Shown piece after piece: positions 46,281-56,900 of a stretch of DNA of 64,000 bases. Below the pieces are notes generated by a model. It had not been told where the DNA came from, made no database searches, and saw only the letters and a program-made list of their open reading frames with translations. Both the position numbers and the translations under genes were made by a program. Position 1 is the stretch's first letter; each line of letters opens with the position of its first letter. Location of the stretch: contig OZ361258.1 of assembly GCA_977018835.1 (NCBI GenBank), positions 620,001 to 684,000 of the forward strand, in the 5' to 3' direction. This stretch comes from Minutocellus sp. GHC0000111. Its lineage: Eukaryota.

Positions 46281-46529
46281 AGCATTGCAGCTACTCTATT
46301 CTTACCATGAAATCCTCCTAGCACAGGGTTTCCTATTTCATTTCGAAATTCACAGCAATATCACATTTTGTATGTTATCTTAGGATTGTATCGAGCACTA
46401 GCTACCAGGTGTCGCTATTAGGCGAATAAAAATTAAAATTCTTTGACGAACGTTAATCGGCGGAGTGCCGCTGCAGTTATCTGCCACATGCACTCACCAC
46501 ACAATACAATACCACCAATTGGACTTACT

Positions 46530-49274
46530 CTAATGCTTGCCCTCTGGCGGCCAGTGGTAAATCTCGGAAAATAATTTCTTCTCTGAGAGCTCTGGAATGT
46601 CGTACAGCACATTGTGGGCATTTACTCCATTCATTGGGTCATTCCAACCAATTAAGTCTCGGTCAATGTTATTGATGTTGCAAATCAAAGTTGGCATGGG
46701 GAGCCCGGGCACCCGGACTTGGGGGACATAGGCAAAAATCTCCTTGACGTCGCTAAAGCCAAGGTCACTTGGATTGCCAGCTGGCTCGTAGTGGCCAACG
46801 AACACGTACCGAAAGTGCTTGAGTAAGACCCTGTTCAAAAAGATGAGCCCGACCAAGCCGACAGTCGCAATGCTCGTCCAGCCAAAGAGCCAGGAAATGT
46901 TCTCCTGATCTTGGTCCATCCACTCTTTTCCCTCCGGTTGATTGGAAGCCCATGCAGGGAACACTGGGGGCCTGTAGCGCTGCATGTCCATGTCACAATA
47001 ATAAAAAGAGTTCTCTTTGGCGTCAATTGATGCAGAAATCTTGTTGCCATCTCCATCGATCGCATTGAAATCACCAACATATTCTGACGGGACTTGATCA
47101 CCCTCGCAGGCATTGTCAAAGGGGAAGCCAGCAACATAATATGAGGACACAAGGGCAAGGACCACCAGAGAAACCATGATGAAAACTCTGCAGAATTTGC
47201 TCAGCTTTGTCCCGATCTTGGGACTAGGAGCCCAGATGCGCAGCAAACAATATTTATCGGTCATGTAGTGGGTAGCCATTGTGAGTGCAGCAAAGAAAAA
47301 TCCCGCCGGAAAAATAGTTGCGTAGTAAAAGGTGAGGAAAAGAACATTCGTCAGGTTCGTGTATCGCTCGGACAGCTCGTATGGCGTTCCAGCAAAGAGT
47401 CCGGCAAGTTTGAGTCGGTTCGTCACTCTTGGACCAAGAAGGTGGCGTTGAATGTTGCCAGAGATGTCAGCACACTGAGTGATTGGTCCTCGAATAAGTT
47501 CAAAAATGAAGATTGCGTAGAGAGAATAGAGGATGGAATCACTGCTATTGGAAACGGTGTCAGTAAATGGAGTAATGATGGCAGTAACGAGAGCTGTGAA
47601 CGCAAGCATGCTGAGCGTAATCTTCCCATAACGAGACGCTTGTTTGTCATCTTCGCTTCTGTGCGATTCATGCTCTGTCAGTGTGTAGCATATCATCGGA
47701 GCAGCGGTGTTGAGTGCTGAGATGGCCAGAGCGGCCATTGCTGGGCCATAAGCGTATCGAAAATAAGTGATGAGCAGCATTCCGCAAATAATCAAAATGC
47801 CAGTAATGCACGATGTGAAAAATCGAATGGCAAGTCTCTTCTTTAGGGAGTCGTCCAGATCCTGCCACCTGACGGCCGATGGTTCTGGTGGCTCAACAAC
47901 GTTGAGAAGATGCTTCCCTTCGTAAAGCAAATCTTTTGGTAAGGCCGAAGAATTGTTGGTCAGAGTGTCCCAACGTCGAACACAAAGCCTCTGAAGTGCC
48001 AATCGCTGTGCGATCTTGGTCTCAAAGGTTACAAATATCTCGGCAACGTTGAATTTTGCCTTAGAATGCTCTCCAATTTTCTCATCTAGCTCCGATATCT
48101 GCGACCGCAGCTGCTCGGCGTTGGATGCCATGGTAATAATCTGAAACCATTTGAGAGGAAGTGCTCGGTCTACCATTCCGTCGAGATTATATTTGTCAAA
48201 CTTGACTCCCGGTGGCAGCAGCTGTTGAAGCTGAAACATAAGACTTCTCCTCTCGATGAGAGCCCTCACTAGGGCTTCGTTGTCTACGGCAATGGTTAGG
48301 CAAGTAACATGGCCAAACTGAGAGAAGAAGTCTTTCCATTTCTCCGCATCATGAGCCGACTTCGGCGGATTCTCAACCGCGATGGAGTAATCTGCCGAGG
48401 TCTGTTCCTCTTCGTCATATGCCACTTCTCTTCGCCTGATAATGTGGAAGCAAACCACATAGAGGGCGATGGCAATGAATATAATAGAAAGCCAATTCCA
48501 GAAACCAAGCCAGTATCCGAAGTGGCAAAGATTCGTCTTGATGAATTTGAGCTGTCCGTCCTCAGTCTCAGCATACCGATCAAAAGTCCTCTGGAAACAG
48601 TCCCAGTCATCACGCGAGCATGTTGGGCAGGCAGCCCAATGATGGTCAGTGCATACAGCCGATCGCTGAAGCACGTAGGGCACTCCGCCCTCTTCATCAT
48701 GGTTGTACAAATCCGAGTTGTAAAACATGAGATTGGGAATGTTCAAACATCCGGCAAGCAGAAGGACTATCGCAAGACATCGAAGGGTGAAGAAGTATAT
48801 TCCAATCCCCACACCCATGTCAGCCAAGTCCTTTTCTGGTGTGGACCAGATATCATAAAGGCGTGTTTCGGCCGAAGATTCACCGGGCTCGGCCTTCTGC
48901 CTAACATCCTTTCCTGGCGTCGGCTGTCCCTCCTGTGGAACAAAGTGCCTCGGCAAGACAAAGTGCTCAAAATAACTCCATGCGCCGTCTAGCTGAGGCA
49001 GATTACTTCCTCCATCATCAATCGAACGGGCCACAGCCGCATCGCCGCTTGCGTCATCGTCGGATCGAGGGTGGTACCAGCTGTGCCGAGAGAGACGCAT
49101 GGCAATTCTGCGCGCCAGCGTCATGTGTTCTGGACGGTCATTGTACACCCGACCCAGGTCGTCTTCGGCTCCATCCTGACGAGGTCTATTGTTGGCCACC
49201 GAACCAAACTCCTGACTACCACCACCGGACGAAGCGCCCAGGAGGGACGAGCGTTCGTCGGAAGGTAACGCCAT
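46530..49274 (-). CDS. OSCA/TMEM63 (CSC1)-like multi-pass channel
   Basis: DYSIAVENPP, IFVTFET, PPEPSAVRWQDL, HYMTDKYCLLR and about 10 hydrophobic segments. Confidence 0.75.
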   Translation of the reverse strand: MALPSDERSSLLGASSGGGSQEFGSVANNRPRQDGAEDDLGRVYNDRPEHMTLARRIAMRLSRHSWYHPRSDDDASGDAAVARSIDDGGSNLPQLDGAWSYFEHFVLPRHFVPQEGQPTPGKDVRQKAEPGESSAETRLYDIWSTPEKDLADMGVGIGIYFFTLRCLAIVLLLAGCLNIPNLMFYNSDLYNHDEEGGVPYVLQRSAVCTDHHWAACPTCSRDDWDCFQRTFDRYAETEDGQLKFIKTNLCHFGYWLGFWNWLSIIFIAIALYVVCFHIIRRREVAYDEEEQTSADYSIAVENPPKSAHDAEKWKDFFSQFGHVTCLTIAVDNEALVRALIERRSLMFQLQQLLPPGVKFDKYNLDGMVDRALPLKWFQIITMASNAEQLRSQISELDEKIGEHSKAKFNVAEIFVTFETKIAQRLALQRLCVRRWDTLTNNSSALPKDLLYEGKHLLNVVEPPEPSAVRWQDLDDSLKKRLAIRFFTSCITGILIICGMLLITYFRYAYGPAMAALAISALNTAAPMICYTLTEHESHRSEDDKQASRYGKITLSMLAFTALVTAIITPFTDTVSNSSDSILYSLYAIFIFELIRGPITQCADISGNIQRHLLGPRVTNRLKLAGLFAGTPYELSERYTNLTNVLFLTFYYATIFPAGFFFAALTMATHYMTDKYCLLRIWAPSPKIGTKLSKFCRVFIMVSLVVLALVSSYYVAGFPFDNACEGDQVPSEYVGDFNAIDGDGNKISASIDAKENSFYYCDMDMQRYRPPVFPAWASNQPEGKEWMDQDQENISWLFGWTSIATVGLVGLIFLNRVLLKHFRYVFVGHYEPAGNPSDLGFSDVKEIFAYVPQVRVPGLPMPTLICNINNIDRDLIGWNDPMNGVNAHNVLYDIPELSEKKLFSEIYHWPPEGKH

Positions 49275-49468
49275 GGTGAATTATGGCTCAAAAGTTGCAA
49301 AGTGCCGCGACGTCGCCGGCTGCGGCGTTTTAAGCCCCCCGATCGAATAAGAGAATCCTCGCATCTCCAATACGAAAACCCTGTGGCCAGTTCCATCGCT
49401 GCAACTAGCCTCACTCTTCAAACCAGTCACTGTCTTTTGCATAGCCGTAGCCATCGTACTTATAGTGA

Positions 49469-51040
49469 ATGATGCCAGGCTCACTGTTGCCAACCAGCGG
49501 TGGCCGCTTCGTTGCGGTCGCTTCGGTCAGTGTGACTGTCGGCGCTTCTCTTTGCTATTTGTTGCGTCGGAGGTCGAGAGTGCTGAGCACCAAAACCAGC
49601 ACATCCTCACCCACTACTCAACTTTCAAAGGAACAAGTGCTCGAACTAAGGAAGCAGCACTTTTGCGATGCCGTATCTGTGTCCTACTCCAACACTGACC
49701 CTCTTATGATCGTGGGTGGTAGTGGTTCCAAGCTCTATGATTCCGATGGGCGAGACTTTTTGGACACACGCAATAACGTGTGCCATGTTGGCCATCAGCA
49801 TCCGGCAGTTGTGGCTGCCGTGCAGCGACAGGTAGCTACTGTCAATACCAACACCCGATATCTGCATCCCAATGCGACGCTCCTGGCACAAAAGCTGGCA
49901 AATTTGCTACCAGATCCGCTCGAGGTTGTGTTCCTGGTCAACTCTGGTAGCGAAGCCAACGATCTAGCCCTTCGTTTGGCACGTGCCGCGACTGGATCCG
50001 ATAATACCATTTGTGTCGACGGGGCGTATCACGGACATACGTTGGCATGTCTCGAAGTTAGCCCCTACAAATATGAAAAGTCGGAGGAGTTCGATTTGCA
50101 ACCTCAGATTGAAGACCTGCCGCCAGGATATGACAACCCGATAACCCCAAAGCCATCGATTTGGAAGGTACCGGCACCTTGCACTTATCGCGGCCTTCAC
50201 AGAGGGGAGGATGCCGCAGATAACTATGTCGAATATGTCGAGGAGGCATGCCGAGTGTATACGCAGGAACGAGACGAAGAACTTGGTGCCTTTATTGTGG
50301 AAGGCGGCATGTCTGTAGCCGGTGTTATCCTTCCACCACCATCGTACCTCAAGAAGGTTGTCGATGTTGTCCGCGAAGCGGGCGGGATGTACATCGCCGA
50401 CGAGATCCAGACCGGATTTGGTCGCTTCGGCAGCTCCTATTGGGCCTTTCAACATGGGTGGGATGTTTCTGACCCAAGCATGCACGTAGTGCCAGACATA
50501 GTGACCGTTGGCAAGCCATTTGGGAACGGGATGCCTCTCGCTGCAGTTGTCACCACGCGCGAAATAGCCGATGCCTTCTCCGATTGTGGCGTTGAACTCT
50601 TCAATACATTTGGAGGCAACCCCGTCTGCTCGGCAGCTGGACTAGCAGTGTTGGAAACCATTGAGGTCGAGTCTCTTCAAGCGCACGCTAGAGAAGTTGG
50701 GGAATATCTCATGGGAGAATTCAAACGTCTGCAACAGAATCTCGATATTATTGGCGACATTCGTGGATCTGGTCTCTTTGTTGGCGTTGAACTGGTGCGA
50801 GACCGAAGAACACTGGAACCAGCCACAGAGGAGACTTCTTTTGTGTGCGCTACGATGAAGGAAAAGTATTCAGTACTGACAAGTATTGATGGGCCGAATG
50901 ATAATGTGTTGGTGATCAAGCCTCCGATGGTATTCAGAAAGGAGGACGTTGATGAGTTTATTGAAGCTTTCGAGCTGGCGGTGACGGTAGATCTAGCCAA
51001 CGTCTCGGATGTTGGTTCCTTGCCCAAGACCCCAACATGA
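49469..51040 (+). CDS. Class-III PLP enzyme, ethanolamine-phosphate / phosphohydroxylysine phospho-lyase-like (ETNPPL/PHYKPL family)
   Basis: NNVCHVGHQHP, NTNTRYLH, VNSGSEANDLALRLAR, ADEIQTGFGR, GKPFGNGMP, FNTFGGNPV, NVLVIKPPM. Confidence 0.88.
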   Translation: MMPGSLLPTSGGRFVAVASVSVTVGASLCYLLRRRSRVLSTKTSTSSPTTQLSKEQVLELRKQHFCDAVSVSYSNTDPLMIVGGSGSKLYDSDGRDFLDTRNNVCHVGHQHPAVVAAVQRQVATVNTNTRYLHPNATLLAQKLANLLPDPLEVVFLVNSGSEANDLALRLARAATGSDNTICVDGAYHGHTLACLEVSPYKYEKSEEFDLQPQIEDLPPGYDNPITPKPSIWKVPAPCTYRGLHRGEDAADNYVEYVEEACRVYTQERDEELGAFIVEGGMSVAGVILPPPSYLKKVVDVVREAGGMYIADEIQTGFGRFGSSYWAFQHGWDVSDPSMHVVPDIVTVGKPFGNGMPLAAVVTTREIADAFSDCGVELFNTFGGNPVCSAAGLAVLETIEVESLQAHAREVGEYLMGEFKRLQQNLDIIGDIRGSGLFVGVELVRDRRTLEPATEETSFVCATMKEKYSVLTSIDGPNDNVLVIKPPMVFRKEDVDEFIEAFELAVTVDLANVSDVGSLPKTPT

Positions 51041-51132
51041 ATAAATGAATATAGTACAGTATTCCTCTCAAGATATGCCGCTATTGTAAATTCTTGTTAC
51101 ATCTTTCCTTAATTTATCTATATTCTAGCTAG

Positions 51133-52158
51133 TTAGAATGTATACTCTTGCTCTTCTTCGTCTTCCTTCGTCGCAATGTGATCAATACCAACTTCTAGAA
51201 TTTCCCTGTCGCGTCTACCCCCTTCATGACAATGCACACATAGAGCAATCGGCACCTCCTCGTCAATCGCATTCGTATTCGACGTTGTCGTATCCCCGTC
51301 GCCCCATTGCCCAACTTTTAGATTGTACAAGAGCATGTTTGTATCACCCTCCCACGGCGGTTCCCTTTCGTCGGTTATTTGATTATAGCAACCATTTTGG
51401 ATATTATTTTTCAGGTCCCATTGGCTCTCTCGGTTTGCCTGTCCGACTATTTAAAGTAAGCCGCTATCATCTTTCATACTTGCTCGCGAAGCATCCATCA
51501 GTGGTCGTAGCAGGAAGAAATAGTATGCTAAATCAGCTCCAATCACAACATCTGCCTTGCCTTCGCCATATGTCGCCTCATCTTTCCAGTCCAATGGGCG
51601 GGATGACACTTGCCTTTCGCTGAGTGCATTTCTTTCGATTGTGCGTGGTAATAATTCGAGGGAGTCTTCTGCCTTGTCAGTGAGCGTACAGCTCTTTGTA
51701 GGCGCCGATGCAGCAACCAGACCCGCTAACCCCAGGCCTGAACCCAATTCCAGCACATCCTTGTCAACCAGAGCATGTCTCATTTTGGGTCGAAGGAGGA
51801 GAATAGACGCCGCAAGTGCCGATGGCCATAGGGACGAGCTGACGCCCCCATCACCACTGGTGGGAATCTCGACGGTCGTTATTTCGTCATTATCGTCTTC
51901 TTTGTGGATTCCAACTGATACTTCGAGGTACTTGTGAATGTCATCATCTGGAGACGCTGCGTCGTTATTGTTATCGTCTCCTTGGACACGGCGCTCGACA
52001 ACCCACCCAATCTCTTGCTGTCCGTTCCATGTGTAGAGCGATGATCGCCTGGATACTTGACCGGTCGATAGAGCGTGTGATGAGGGATACCACACCGAAA
52101 GATAAGCGATAGCAAGCGGCGAAGCGCTCCTCTTGCAGTAGGTCTTCATCGTGGACAT
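51133..52158 (-). CDS. SAM-dependent methyltransferase (METTL21/Methyltransf_16-like), internal TAA at 51451-51453
   Basis: LWPSALA, VLELGSGLGLAGL, LTD, LDW, DVVIGADLAY. The frame stays open after the TAA (IVGQANRESQW...) and joins ORF 51133-51336. Confidence 0.85.
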
Positions 52159-52612
52159 GAGCTGAGGTCCGATGGTCCGATGCCCGATTTACAGAAAAGT
52201 GACAATAAAAAGGGGAAAAGCATTTGCCTCCAGATCTGGAGGCAAATTTTTTCGCTGCAAAATTTTCTCATTTTATTGGTTTTTACTCAAAAAGGGGGAT
52301 TACCAGCTTTTTTCCCGCGCCTCACAGTGATGGCGATAGTGATAATGACGACGAACTCCCGTTCAACATGGCCTTTGATCTTTCTACAATGGATCCGATG
52401 CGGCGAGCGATGTGCCAGATATATATTTTCCAAGACGCAACTGATGGAGTTGATGGAGAGCGACAAGCATAAAAGAGACTATGTAGATCTATATATATAA
52501 ATTATAACTTACGTTGGGATTCGTTCCAACGATCACCTCTAGATCTAGAGTCTAACTCGCCTACTAGTGACATTCTTTGCTGATTTGTAATAAATTTTTT
52601 ACTTACATGTAT

Positions 52613-53878
52613 TTACAACAAGCTCTCGATGAAGGATTGAGGATATTGTTCATCCGGCGCTGCACCATCACCATCAACAGTTTCACCATCCTCACTGCCC
52701 TCTCCCCTGTCACCATCATTGGATGCCCCCAGTATCCCATCAAAGCCACGGATAAGACCTGCACGATCAGCATCGACAATCTCCCCCGTCTTGCCGTCCA
52801 AACCACAAGCCTCTCGAAGACCAGTATCGAGCAAATGACTCGGCCGAACGTCCCCCAAGGCCGTGTGCATGTTGCGCTTGGCATTCGGATTCATGGAATC
52901 CAAAAGGCCCACCAACATCTTCATCTTGGCCCGATGAGCATCTGGCTGGCTGCCGCAGAGATTGCACGGCAAGATGGGAAAGTCCATGGCCTGTGCGTAT
53001 TGTCGAATGTCATCCTCGGTGCACGACATGAGGGGGCGGATGACATGCATATTCCTATCCGATGAGTAGTATCTGGCTGGCATGGCCTTGAGTTGTCCAC
53101 TGTGCACGGCGTTCATCAGCAATGTCTCGATTGCATCGTCGGCATGATGTCCCAGGGCAATTTTCGTGGCACCAATATCATGCGCAATGCTGTACAATAT
53201 TCCTCGCCGTAATCGGCTGCAAAGGCTACAATAGGTCTTGCCCTCGGGCGTCTTGTCCTTGACAATGCTGTATGTACCCTCCTTGATGATTTGGTACGGA
53301 ATTCCGGTCTCATCCAACCACTCCACGAGGGTGGTGCCATCGTACCCCGGCTGGACCTGGTTCAAATGAACGGCCGTGATGGTAACGTTGGTCCCCGCCG
53401 GTGCCAATCGTTGCTGCATGTTTTGGAGCAGATGCAACATGGTGGCCGAATCTTTGCCACCCGAAACGCACACCATGATGTGATCCCCGTCCTCAATCAT
53501 TTCAAACTTTTGGCATGTCTCGCGCATATTCTTGAGGAGACGGCCCTCCAATTTGTTGAGTTGCTTGGGGGTGAGATCGGGCATTGTTGTCGTGGCAGCA
53601 GCAGCAGCAGCAGCAGCGCCGTCAACAGCAGTTGGCTCCTGCAAAACATTTTGTGCCGACTTTGCTATTCTCGAGGATGGTGTTGCCGATGACAGCGGGA
53701 CAAAACCATCACATTGATGTAATATCAGCGCAAGCAGCAGAGACAAAGTCGTCGCCGCTACTCGTGGTCTTGGTCGGTTCAGAGACAAAATCGTCGCCGC
53801 TACTCGTGGTCTTGGTCGGCTCATGGCTCTCATGGCTCTCATGGCTCTCATGGCTCTCATGGCTCTCATGGCTCTCAT
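52613..53878 (-). CDS. ttcA: tRNA 2-thiocytidine(32) synthetase TtcA-like, with bipartite presequence
   Basis: PP-loop SGGKDS, CSLCSRLRRG, LGHHADD, VIRPL, PILPCNLCGSQ. The start is one of seven tandem ATGs (53824-53878). Confidence 0.9.
   Translation of the reverse strand: MRAMRAMRAMRAMRAMRAMSRPRPRVAATILSLNRPRPRVAATTLSLLLALILHQCDGFVPLSSATPSSRIAKSAQNVLQEPTAVDGAAAAAAAATTTMPDLTPKQLNKLEGRLLKNMRETCQKFEMIEDGDHIMVCVSGGKDSATMLHLLQNMQQRLAPAGTNVTITAVHLNQVQPGYDGTTLVEWLDETGIPYQIIKEGTYSIVKDKTPEGKTYCSLCSRLRRGILYSIAHDIGATKIALGHHADDAIETLLMNAVHSGQLKAMPARYYSSDRNMHVIRPLMSCTEDDIRQYAQAMDFPILPCNLCGSQPDAHRAKMKMLVGLLDSMNPNAKRNMHTALGDVRPSHLLDTGLREACGLDGKTGEIVDADRAGLIRGFDGILGASNDGDRGEGSEDGETVDGDGAAPDEQYPQSFIESLL
53738..53821. 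repeat. 42-bp tandem duplication (2 copies)
   Basis: cagagacaaaRtcgtcgccgctactcgtggtcttggtcggYt occurs twice. Confidence 0.92.
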
Positions 53879-53880
53879 GG
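53822..53880. repeat. 9-bp tandem repeat (catggctct), about 6.5 copies
   Basis: Perfect array that encodes MRA repeats on the minus strand. Confidence 0.95.
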
Positions 53881-53950
53881 TTTGAGCGACTTAAGACGCC
53901 GGACAGACCAAAAATTCGAGATCGATCGCATCGACGAAACGAGCACAAAA

Positions 53951-56900
53951 ATGAGCCCACTTTCAATGTGGAAAGCAATGATGATGAAGGTGGTATCCTC
54001 CGCCCTCCTCCTGCTCCTGCTCCTCGGCACCGACCCGCCGGTGACCGCCGAGCCCCTGTCGGCACCGTACGTATGCTACCGTACCGACCCGTTCAATACC
54101 CCGCCGACAAGTCCGAACAATCACTACCATTCGACGTCCCAAATATTCGGGGAGCACATCAAAAATGCCACGCTGGAAGGGCAGAGGGGAGCCAAGCGCG
54201 GCAGTCGGGGCAGGGCCAAGGTCCGTCCCGTCGAAGTCAGTCCAGCCTCGGCCGACGAGCGGAGGTCGGCCACCAACAACGCCCAGAACGACGAGAACGG
54301 CGGCAATCGGGCGCCCCTCGTCGGCGGCGAGGGCTATCCGCGCTGTCCCCTGGCCTTTCGACTGGGATTGACCCACAAGAGCAGCAGCACTGCCGCCGGC
54401 GGCGGCGGCGGCGGCAGCGGTGCCACCAGCGGCATCAACGGCCCCGTCTTGACGTACCCGGCCCATCCGGCGCGCGGGCCGGGCCGGCAGGTGATTTTCC
54501 TGGAAAATTGGGAGCGCGTCGACATGCTCACACCCTCGCAGGTGACGAAGCGGGAGGCCCGACGAGGCGAGGAGGAGGCCATGGAGATCGACGAGCAGTT
54601 TCCCCTGCTGTTCGAGGGGTCCAACTTTTTCCATTCCGTCCCGGTCTTGCACGACGAGAACGGCGACGGCGTGATGGACATTACCATGATTGACTACGAC
54701 GGGGGCGTGTACACCGTCGGGTTGGACTACAACCCTACCGAGAGCGGTGGCGACAGCAACAGCAATAAGGAACGCTACTTGAAGACGGCGCAGGTACCGC
54801 GTCTCTACCTTCGCAAGGATTGGGTCGAGAGTGCCACCAACCTCACCAAGATGGAGGAATACATCAACCCACCCAAGGAGGACGAGGACGAGGATGGCGA
54901 AGAGGGGGGTGGTGGTGGCTACCGACGCAGCTACCGCTCCAACAACCCACCCTTCCATTCGTACTTTGAGTACGGTCTGGAGTGGAAGGAGGAGCACGAC
55001 AACAAGCGCATCGGCGTTAGTGGCGGGGCCGTCAGTGCCGACGTCCTCAGCCAGAGCGTCGAGGATGTGCAGCAGATTGACGACGAGCGGATGCGTCGGT
55101 GGAAGGAGGCTCAGGAGGAGATTTTGAACAAGAAGAAGCAAAAGGAGGAGGAGGCTGCGGCAGCGGCAGCCGCGGCTGTTGCGAGCAATACACAGCACGA
55201 GCTCGATGGCCTTCCCGAGTATGAGGACGGCGGTGGAGATGCAGTGAGAGGTGATCGGCGGCGACGTCTCGAAGAGATACCTCCGGCGGCTGCGGAAGAG
55301 GCCGACGCCGGTGCTTCTGAAACTGTCGATTCCAATGCAGACTCTGCTGCTTCCGACTCCACTGCCTCAGAGCAGGTAAAGGACAACCAAGAGACCGAGA
55401 CCAAAGATCCACCCGCTGCTAACACTGTAGAAATTCCTGAAGTCCACACCGAGGGCGGTGATGAGGCAGCCGAAGCAGCAGCCGATTCTGTCTCCACGGG
55501 AGAAAACGCTGACGTTGCAAAGGACGACCAAGATGTGCAAGAGACGATCGATGCCATCCCGGTCGACACGAAGAAAAAGAAAGGGAAAAAGCCCAAGCCG
55601 GAGCCAGTGAAGCCCGACAAAAAAGTCGAAGGAGAACCTTGCGGTGACTGCTACGGCGCGGGAGACGAAGATGAATGCTGCAACACTTGCGCCCAGGTCG
55701 TCGCTGCCTACAAGGCTAAGCACTGGGGTGTGAAGAAGGCCGACATCACTCAGTGCGTGGAGGAAGGTGATCTGGACGATAACAAGATTGATGAGCCGCG
55801 CCATACCTACGACGACGATGAGTACTACGGCGAAGATCGACCTGATGACGATGTTGCCGCCCCGCGTGGGTATGGCGATGATGACGAGAGTATGGCCGCT
55901 GCCCCCTATGGAGATGACGAGTACATGCGGCATGGATATGGTGAGCTTCCAAGCGCTGCTTGATTCTTGGCGAATTCATTTGCGTCCGTTTTGCTTACTT
56001 ACTTTTTCTCATCCAAAATTTTCCTTGCCATTCTTTTCACTCTCATACAGACGACTACTATCCAGGCGATGATCGTTATGGCGGCTATGATAGTAGATAT
56101 GGAGGCGGACACTACGATAACTTCTACAGTGATGAGAACTACATTCGGGTCACTCCCCATGTCTTAGCTCGTCCTGTCTATGTCGAGGTGCCAAAGCGCT
56201 ACAAGGGATCAGATGATCCAGAGTGGGCCGTCGAGGAGTATTTGGTCGGTCCGGTATCCTACTATCTTGACGAGGACGAGTTCAGAGGGTTGCAGAGCTA
56301 CCGACGCTTCAAAAACAAGGAAGGAGGCGATGAAACCGAAACGGAGCGAGGACAATACCTTGCGAGCGCTGTCTTATTTTACAATACTGGCTACAAGCAG
56401 TGGTCGACACAAACTCATCTAGATCTGAGCACTGATTGGACTGCCCCGGTGAACACCACCGTTGGCAATGCTCCCATCCATGATGATACATACAATGGAT
56501 ACGGTGCGTTTGCGTTATCTAGCCCAACTGTCGCTATTTTGGGCCACGACTCCTACGACAGTTCGCCCAAGTACCACATCGTTATGGGCACGAGTATGGG
56601 ATATCTTTACGTCCTTGAATTGCCCGGAGCCTCCCGTAGAGACGGCTGGCCCGTTCGTTTCCCTTACCCAATCGTTCGTGGTGCTGTTGTAGAGGACGTA
56701 TCTGGGGACGTAACGCCAGAGATTGTCGCTGTCGATGCCGGGGGAAATGTCGCCTGCTTCGATAGCGAAGGTACGACTCTTTGGCATCGAGATGTCATCG
56801 AAGGAGAACGTGATCAATGGAAGGTGATGGGGACGTCCGAAATGTCACTTGGTGATATCGATGGAGACGGGAAGTTGGATGTCGTTCTTGTTGTCCGTCT

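Noticed and set aside
40429..53878. Functional sulfur or metabolic gene cluster (sulfite oxidase, PLP lyase, TtcA)
   Set aside because: The genes are interspersed with unrelated ones and predicted in different compartments; adjacency alone is not evidence.
53738..53880. CRISPR-like array
   Set aside because: The repeats are directly adjacent with no unique spacers, there are no cas genes, and the context is eukaryotic.
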